This document shows, in pieces, positions 55,371 through 64,000 of a stretch of DNA of 64,000 bases. Below the pieces are notes generated by a model. The model made no database searches and was not told the origin of the DNA. It was given only the letters and a program-made list of their open reading frames with translations. The stretch covers positions 4,464,001 to 4,528,000 of the forward strand of contig OX597834.1 of NCBI GenBank assembly GCA_951406725.2, written 5' to 3'. A program made the position numbers and the translations under genes. The number at the start of each line of letters is the position of its first letter. The stretch's first letter is position 1. The DNA is from Octopus vulgaris. Taxonomy: Eukaryota.

Positions 55371-56519
55371 TGTTCATTAATATGCGTGTATGAATGTATG
55401 AATGCATACGGGTATATGTTATATTCAGATGAATAATCGATATTTTATGGTTATAACCGTGAATCTTTAAAGAACTCTATATCAGGCTGGCCATATTCAT
55501 TCATTCGGGCAATTTCTCCAACTGATGAGAATATTTATAATGTCAAGCATGTGAAATATAAAGGCGGTGAGATATTTGGCATTTAATGTTAACAACTTTC
55601 TGGTACTAAAACAAAAGAAAACTTTTCACAATACTCACGCCAATAAATTGAACACGGCCGTATTTTTCTTATCAAAATCTTATTGACATAAAGACTTGAA
55701 ATATATTGTGTTTTTGAGTCAGATTGCGCTCTCATCGAAAGACATAAAAGTCCTTACAAAGAAAATTTCCCCGTCCTTTCGTTCTGATTTATGTTAGTGT
55801 AGATATAAAACTTTATAACCTGTTTTACCACCACCAGCCAGAACCACCACCGTTTTGAATAGAACAGCTCAAGCCATCGCCAAGTCTGCCGCCACAATCA
55901 ACACCAGCAACATTAAAAACGCTAATAATCTTTCAGTTCTTCAGACACAAATCACATAACACCATTCATACCGAACCGAGTTGTGTATTATCTTTTTGTG
56001 TTGAAGATAGCAGAGCAGGAGATGAAGGTGGCGCTGTAAAAGTTGGTGATGGGAGGAAAACGCTGGGGACTATGGACTATGAAACCGATCATTGCCAACG
56101 TGGTTGTTGTTCTTTGTTTTCATATATTATCTATACGCCTACATCTATATGCATACACCTATGTATACAGGCACTGGTGTAACATATGTCTGTAAAACTA
56201 TATAACGTATAATTGTATATGTACGTGTGTATGTGTGATTGTATGTCTCTTTCTATTCAAGTAAAGACGCACAGCATATTCCTTAAATTAGAGTGTTCCA
56301 GTTAATTTCGATATTATTATCATTGCTGTTGGCATAAACATTACAGTTTGAAAAAGATGTCTTGTGATATTTGGTTATGTCCCTTTACCTCCTGAAGTTG
56401 GACTATTTGCTTTTCCCTCGGAAAGATGAGAGAGCAGAGATATCCTGAGCGAGATTTACATTAACTGTATCTGCACGAAGAGCATTTATGTAAGGCGAAT
56501 CCGCACTGGAGGTATTTTA

Positions 56520-56918
56520 CCAACGCTCGACCTTTATTCGTTAGAAAAACGACGACGCCGTGGTGATGTCATTCTTGCTCACAACAGCATAAGCGGAAGT
56601 GTAACCTCTCGAAAGAGCTGTTCTTCACTCCTGCTCCAGAGCGTCGGCTGCGGGGTCACTCCGAAAAGCTATATCTGCGACGATTTCATCTCAATCGAAG
56701 GAGAGGGGCTTTCTCCGTCCGGGTTGCGGATCCGTGGAATAAGCTGCCGGACGAGATAGTGAAGATGTCGACAACCGCTCGATTCAAAGTCTCTCTTGAC
56801 CAGAAATGGCCTGAACTCTTTGCCTGAACATCCTCCCTGTACATAACTCCATGTCCCCCTACATGGCCTTGTTTTTTGCTTTTTGAGCCAAAAAATTAAC
56901 TTAACATAACTTAACTTA
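56520..56918 (+). mobile_element. CR1/L2-type LINE, 3' fragment
   Basis: LDLYSLEKRRRRGDVI..RLRGHSEKL..FSVRVADPWNKLP..FKVSLD; (TTAAC)n-like tail. Confidence 0.9.
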
Positions 56919-57262
56919 TATAAGAAATTTCTCTTTCACTATCAGTTTTCTCCACTGTTAGAAGAACAAGAAGCAAAAAAATAAATTTAACTTGTTTTCA
57001 GGCCTCTCTACATTTCCAGCTCTTTTCTCTACTGTTAGCAGCAGCAGAAGAAGAGAAAATAAATTTAATTTGATTTCAAGTCTCCTGTTATGTCGTGCTG
57101 ACAAGTCCAAAAGGAGAACGAAATACTGCTATTCGCGATTGCCAGTGACTTTAAGTACTTCAGAAATATATGTATGCTCTTCATTGTATATTGTAATATA
57201 AATTCCTCAACAAGCTTAAAACTTGACACGATTTTCTCCGCCCCCGTAGCAGCATCAGTGAA

Positions 57263-57263
<1 letters not shown>

Positions 57264-57330
<67 letters not shown>

Positions 57331-57524
57331 ACTTACATACATACATACATACATACATATATACATACATAGATACATACATACATACATATATACATAG
57401 ATACATACATACATATATAGATACATACATACATAATACATACATACATACATAGCTACATACATACATACATACATACATACATACATACATGCATACA
57501 TACATACATACATACATACATACA

Positions 57525-57556
<32 letters not shown>
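57264..57556. repeat. (CA)n and (TACA)n microsatellite
   Basis: Direct reading. Confidence 0.95.
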
Positions 57557-57557
<1 letters not shown>

Positions 57558-57888
57558 GACTGAAATTCAAATTTTGTGTTTCGCAATGTTGACCGCAATC
57601 TATTGAGGTTAAACGTTATGACTAATGTACTTATAAGCGCATGACTTATTTCGTGTGTGTGTGTGTGTGTGTGTGTGTCTGAGTGGGGAGATGTTTGAAT
57701 GTGCTTGTGCGTAGATTTATATCATTTTCCTTTTTTGAACTACCTATATTTATGGACGATAACTATTAATATCCAGTACCGCTGCCGTAGTCTCCTTTAG
57801 AGAGACTTAGAAATAATAATATTTCTATTTTTGAAAACCATTGGATGTATTCCACTGAATTCCACTTAGTGCTCTTGTTATATATAAG

Positions 57889-57960
<72 letters not shown>

Positions 57961-58079
57961 AGAAACACACATACACATATGTTTTGATATATGCGTCATT
58001 CTCCTTGATTTTATGGAATAGCGCACTACGTTTAGACACTCAAAGGGCTTTGAGAAGCTATTAAGACCATAAAAGAATT

Positions 58080-58400
58080 TGAAAAATATCCACTTTCACC
58101 ATGACAATGCACGATTACTCTTTGGCAAGGAATCAGACAAGTTATTGAAATGATCAGTGGTTACCAATCCACTGTACAGCCGGAATATGATGCCTGCTGA
58201 CTTCCGTTTATTTGCTTCAATGAAGGACACGTATTCTATGACCACAATTTGGTGGCATGAACAAGACGAAAATGGCCTTGAAGAAGTATGATCAACAGTG
58301 CATTCGCAAATCCTTTCAAAGAAAATTCAAGATTTGTGTGCTAGCAAATGCATCGTTTGTGATGCTGAATGGTACGATTCTATAGAGGAAATGTCTACTC
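58080..58400 (+). mobile_element. Decayed mariner transposase fragment
   Basis: FHHDNAR and a later PADFRLFASMK. Confidence 0.6.
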
Positions 58401-58978
58401 TAGTAATCAGTGCAATTTAAACGATCTGTGTCAGTTAATAGAATTGTTACATTAACTTTCGTATCTCTTTCGTAGGGCATAAAATCGAGTCTCTACATTT
58501 ACGCCACATTAAACTTTTACGCTCCAATAACGCAAGCTTAAGCAAGTAAAACGTAAAAGATGCGAGCCAAATACAACTGAAAGACTAATAGAACAGACGA
58601 TTGATATTTCGAAGCTTTCATTTCTACGAAGAATTCGAGAAAACAATGATTTATCTTACAATTATATTTGGCTCTATTCCTACCGTTTGGTGGTAAAAAA
58701 AGAAAAAAAAAAAAATTGCCAAGCGTCACCGGAAGCGGAGATAATTCCCCACAAAGTGAAGAATTTTTGTAAAAAGTATTATGAACATGTTAACATGGTT
58801 ATATATTGCGTAAAATTGTGTCTGTGCGGAAGGTTCCTCTACCCCCTCATTGAAAGATGTCGGCACGTTTTGCATTCTCCAAACTTTTAGTAATATGGGA
58901 ACGAGTCAACCCGATATTCTTTCGCTATTTTACTCTTTTACTTGTTGCAGTCATTTTGACTGTGGCCATGCTGGGGCA

Positions 58979-59026
<48 letters not shown>

Positions 59027-59043
59027 ATATATATCTATATATA

Positions 59044-59145
<102 letters not shown>

Positions 59146-59149
59146 CATA

Positions 59150-59454
59150 AAATTAAATAAGGGTAGAAATTGATATTAATCAATTAAAACCAGTGGCCTA
59201 GCATGTTTTTAAAAAATTCGAATATTAAAAATTTTTCTACATACAAAATTTAAAGGACTGACCACTAAAAGTGGACAGCCTGTATGCTAGATATAGACGT
59301 CAAACTCGCCATTTACCACGAAGAATGTGTTCTCAAGAAAAAATTCTTTGCTGAATTGTTTTCTTGAGAACACATTCTTCGTGGTAAATGGCGAGTTTGA
59401 CGTCTATATCTAGCATACAGACTGTCCACTATTAGTGGTCATTCCTCTAAATTT

Positions 59455-59459
<5 letters not shown>
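59150..59459 (-). mobile_element. Fold-back (59241-59459) with one-sided tail between (TA)n tracts
   Basis: About 105-bp arms, short loop; homologous to 26575-26770. Confidence 0.75.
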
Positions 59460-59513
<54 letters not shown>

Positions 59514-59705
59514 AAAATACTATTCGGAAATATGATGTAGAAATGTAAATATCATTATTTTTTATTTTCGTTCACTAATTTTGGCCACAGCAGTATACAT
59601 ATATAATAAAGGGTAAAATTAATCAATTAATTGATAATTAATAATTTTACCAAGTAGTTCGGTATGTTAAAAGAACTATTATCGGTAAACTTATACAAAA
59701 ATTCA

Positions 59706-59804
59706 ATAATTATGAGTATAATTATAATTAGGGTTCAGCAAATTTCGGTATGTGGTAAAGTAAATTTTGCCGAACCCTAATTATGATTATACTCATAATT
59801 ATAG

Positions 59805-59901
<97 letters not shown>

Positions 59902-60122
59902 ATACGAAAGTATTGCTTTCCAGTAAACGATAGCTCGTAAGGGTAAAATTATACATATATAAGTAAATAAATGATACAACGAGGCACCGATATTTACTGG
60001 AAAATAGCAATCGTAATAAATATCGGTGCCTCGTTGTACCATTTATTTACTTTTATATGTATAATTTTACCCTTACGGGCTATCTTTTACTGGAAAGCAA
60101 TACTTTCATATTGCATTATTAT

Positions 60123-60176
<54 letters not shown>

Positions 60177-60604
60177 TATAATTATGAGTATAATTATAAT
60201 TAGAGTTCGGCAAAACTTACTTTACCACATACCGAAATTATTATTTTCATTGAAACTTCTTCACTGTTATCGTTCTGTTAACGTTTTGGCGTTCAGACGA
60301 GTATACTGGCATTGATGTGGCAACATTTGAAATCTTGTCTAGGTAAATGCAGCTGATGAAGACTAATCAGATTTACGTTGTCAAACGTATTTGAAGAGTC
60401 AGAAACCGGTCCTGCATTATCCGATTCTAGGTTGTCCATTTATCAGATGTTCTTCCAAGAGGTAAGACAATTTTTTTCATGTTTGTTGCACACACGCGTC
60501 TTTGCTAGTATATACGCAGTGAAGCTATACAATAGCGTCGTATTTATTACGATTGCTATTTTCCAGTAAATATCGGTGCCTCGTTGTACCATTTATTTAC
60601 TTTT

Positions 60605-60606
<2 letters not shown>
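59706..60606. repeat. Nested inverted repeats separated by (TA)n, with a decayed CTGATGA motif near 60352
   Basis: Inverted repeat 59896-60116; 59739-59805 versus 60176-60240; further copy at 60543-60606. Confidence 0.8.
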
Positions 60607-60665
<59 letters not shown>

Positions 60666-61327
60666 AGTGTTGAGAAATTTATACACACAGAGAAGACTAC
60701 ATGCTAATGAGGACAGTCAGATCCCAAACCATGAGGAAACATTCTTATTTACGGCACATTGATTGTAAGCGAGCAGGACACTCGATTGAATAAAAATCTC
60801 AGTTAACTCTATGCCTCCGAGTTTCAACATTAATGATCAAATAGATCAATTAATTAGTTAATTAATTGATGAATTAACTATCCGTGTCCCATCAGTAGAG
60901 TCGCTGGAAAATATAGTTATGAAACTCGAACACGTACCGGAAGCACAAAGTAAACACATGCGTATCTAGTTCCATCTTTATACATCAAGAATTCAAATCG
61001 AATGTCCTCAACCAACGTGCCGAGTCAGAATATCACAGCAGTGGATAAATTCAGCCGCGAATTATCTGGCCCATGAATTGAAATATTTAAATATATAAAT
61101 ACTAGGGTAAAATTTATTAAAAATGATGATTTATAATAATCTATAATAATTCTTTCGTGGTTTTACATCTGACTGCCCCCTTTAGCATGTAAGAAGTTCA
61201 CATTGTGGTCTTCTGTCTGTATAAACTTCTATACACTTATATATATCATAAAAATAGTCATGTCTTCTGACTTTTTTATGTTTGTTAACCTCTGGTATAA
61301 ATTATAATTTTTAATAATTTTTACTCT

Positions 61328-61364
<37 letters not shown>

Positions 61365-61368
<4 letters not shown>

Positions 61369-61582
61369 AATGAAATAAAACGAAATAAAAAACAGAACAC
61401 AAAGGATGTCACGGTAGACGTGTTTCAAGCTTTATAAAACAACCTATAAAGCTTGAAACACGTGTACCGCGATATCCTTTGTGTTCTGTTTTTTATTTCA
61501 TTTGATGTATATAATCTCTCATCTCTGCTACTAGCTGGCATATACAGGTGCTTACACTTATCAAGTATTCACCCTGAATTTA
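61365..61582 (+). mobile_element. Fold-back (61365-61506) with tail between (TA)n tracts
   Basis: Arms begin tataaagcttGAAACACGT(C/G)taccg; 8-nt loop. Confidence 0.75.
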
Positions 61583-62457
61583 TATATATATATAACTTGT
61601 TAAGTGTTCGGAAGTAAATATCTAGTTATCGGCTCTGCATTGTGTACTGTTAAGACTATTTATTAATGACTGCTCGACGAATTTGACGAGGTGTTACCTA
61701 ACTTGTGAAGTTGAGAGTTCGAAGGAGATGATATATTGATTATATCTTAGTGTTTTATACAGCGGGAAATTTGTATATCGTAAATAACGCGAAAGAAACC
61801 ACAAAATAAACATTTGATCACGGATCATACGATATAAATATTATTATAGAATATACTTCGATTATGAAAAGTATAATCCAATCAAATAGAAATTGAATTC
61901 AGAATTTGAGTTATAGAAATAAGCTATATTGCAAAATAATTAATTGACCTTTGACCTTTTATGCCGAGTTCATGAAACTAAAGAGTATATTAGTTTCTTA
62001 ATTGTTACTGCTTTGTATGTGGAATCTTGATTGTTGGTCTCTATTGGAAAGGCGTCTGTTATGGATTATTTACAATACACCAAGTGATAGGCCTAGCCAC
62101 GTAAAATATTATACAATTACTTGATTTTCATCTCTTTGCATCAGGTTGACTCGTTCCCATATTACTAAAAGTTTGGAGAATGCAAAACGTGCCGACATCT
62201 TTCGATGATACTTATGTGAGAGGGTAGAGGAACCTTCCGCACAGACACAATTTTACGCAATATATATATCCATGTTAACTTGTTCATAATATTTTTAACA
62301 AAAATTCTTCACTTTGGGGAGAATTATCTCCGCTTCTGGTGACGCTCTTTGCAAGAAGAAGGTTAAAGTCTATGTTTTGATGAGGAGAACCAACAACAAG
62401 GAAACATGTTCAGAATTGTTGCTTGTACTTGCCGGAGTGCTTGACATTAATATTCAT

Positions 62458-62672
62458 TCCAAATGTTGTCACAAGGCCAGCAATTTCGAGGAGGGAGGGT
62501 GTAATTTGATTATATCAATCTCAATACTTAACTGATACTTATTTTATCGACTCCGAAAAGATGAAAAGATAAAGTCGAACTCGACAGAATTTGAACTCAG
62601 AAGTTAAAGACGGACGAAATGTCGCCAAGCCTTTTGTCCGGCGTGCCAACGATTCCGACAACTCACCACCTT
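62458..62672 (-). mobile_element. SINE family C, diverged
   Basis: Reverse-complement match to family. Confidence 0.75.
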
Positions 62673-62751
62673 GATGTTTCACATAATATTACTAATTGAC
62701 TAACATTATCTTTTCAACAACTTATTATTTGTGACTAGCGTTTTAATCTTC

Positions 62752-63100
62752 TTAAGCACTCCGAATCAACGGAACAGCCTGCTCGTGAAATTAACGTGTA
62801 AGTGGCTGAGCACTCCACAGACACGTGTACCCTTAACGTAGTTCTCGGGGATATTCAGCGTGACACAGAGAGTGACAAGGCCGACCCTTTGAAATACAGG
62901 TACAACAGAAACAGGAAGTAAGAGTGAGAGAAAGTTGTGGTGAAAGAGTACAGCAGGGATCACCACCATCCCCTGCCGGAGCCTCGTGAAGCTTTAGGTG
63001 TTTTCGCTCAATAAACACTCACAACGCCCGGTCTGGGAATCGAAACCGCGATCCTACGACCGCGAGTCCGCTGCCCTAACCACTGGGCCATTGCGCCTCC
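62752..63100 (-). mobile_element. SINE family A with a small 3' deletion
   Basis: TSD agcgttttaat; near-identical to 48818-49197. Confidence 0.92.
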
Positions 63101-63857
63101 AGCGTTTTAATATTCACTAAGGCAACAATAACTTGACAAAAGTATATATATATAAACAGCTGTCTCATAAACTGCTTAGGGATTAGGTTTTGTTTTTGAA
63201 GAGCGATAGTTCTGTTTTCATCAATGACGTCATACAGCAATATATAATTTGCAAAATGAACGTAATGTAGATAAAATATTAGAAAAGGAGATAAAACGAT
63301 CTATTGTGGTGGTTGTGAGCAAATCTAATTAGGTATTGATTTCTCAAAATTGCTTAAAGCTATGCTTATTTGCAAGAAAAATACCCAGCAAAAATACTAT
63401 CTCGGTGCGCAGCTGGTACTTATTGGTACTTATACAGGGAGGCTAAAACGCAAAGGCATCCTCTGTATGACTTAAAACCTGATTAAATGAACACTATAAA
63501 TTCCTTTATACAGTGCACCGACATTTTTGCCTCTCATATGCTCAATATTGACACGCACATATATTTTATCGGCCCTGGAAGCATAAAAAGTGAAATTAGT
63601 TTCAGCTTGATTAGATCTCAGATCACGAAGATACACAAGTAAAAAACATTCTGACAGACTTTATCCCAATTCTGCCAATCAGCAGTTCTAAAGACAAGAG
63701 TTTCTCTCACGAGAATAGAACATATATACCATACTACCGATAAACCCGTTACAAATTGCGCCATAAATGTATTGTGAATATAATTAAATACTGATTTTTC
63801 AATACAGGAATAATATCTGAAATGTGACTCAAAGTATGGGTAATTATATCATTTCCG

Positions 63858-64000
63858 AAGACGGCGAGCTGGCAGTAACGTCAGCGAAATGCTTAGCGGT
63901 ATTTCTTCTGCCGTTACGTTCTGAGTTCAAATTCCGCCGAGGTCGACTTTGCCTTTCATCCTTTCGGGGTCGATAAATTAAGTACCAGTTTTCACTGGGG
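63858..64000 (+). mobile_element. SINE family C, cut by window end
   Basis: gcgagctggcag...gttctgagttcaaattccgccgaggtcgactttgcctttcatcctttcggggtcg. Confidence 0.9.

Overview
AT-rich eukaryotic DNA, dense in microsatellites and transposable elements. The SINE families and (TA)n/(CA)n/(TATC)n tracts resemble an octopus/cephalopod genome (recognition only, not verified). I found no supportable intact host gene, and most listed ORFs are microsatellite read-throughs. Content: three tRNA-headed SINE families (about 30 copies); 3' fragments of RTE, R4/Dong and CR1-type LINEs; several decayed Penelope-like element (PLE) RT/GIY-YIG fragments; mariner remnants; hAT-, mariner-type and other MITEs; and a decayed Helitron helicase. 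The most striking unexplained signal is a recurring class of short (150-450 bp) non-coding inserts, mostly in or beside (TA)n tracts. Many are fold-backs with a one-sided tail, and several carry type I hammerhead-ribozyme-like folds with non-canonical cores (G3-C8 swap, U4C, A6U) and palindromic stem III. I interpret these as Penelope-associated, retrozyme-like elements. All folds were worked out by eye.
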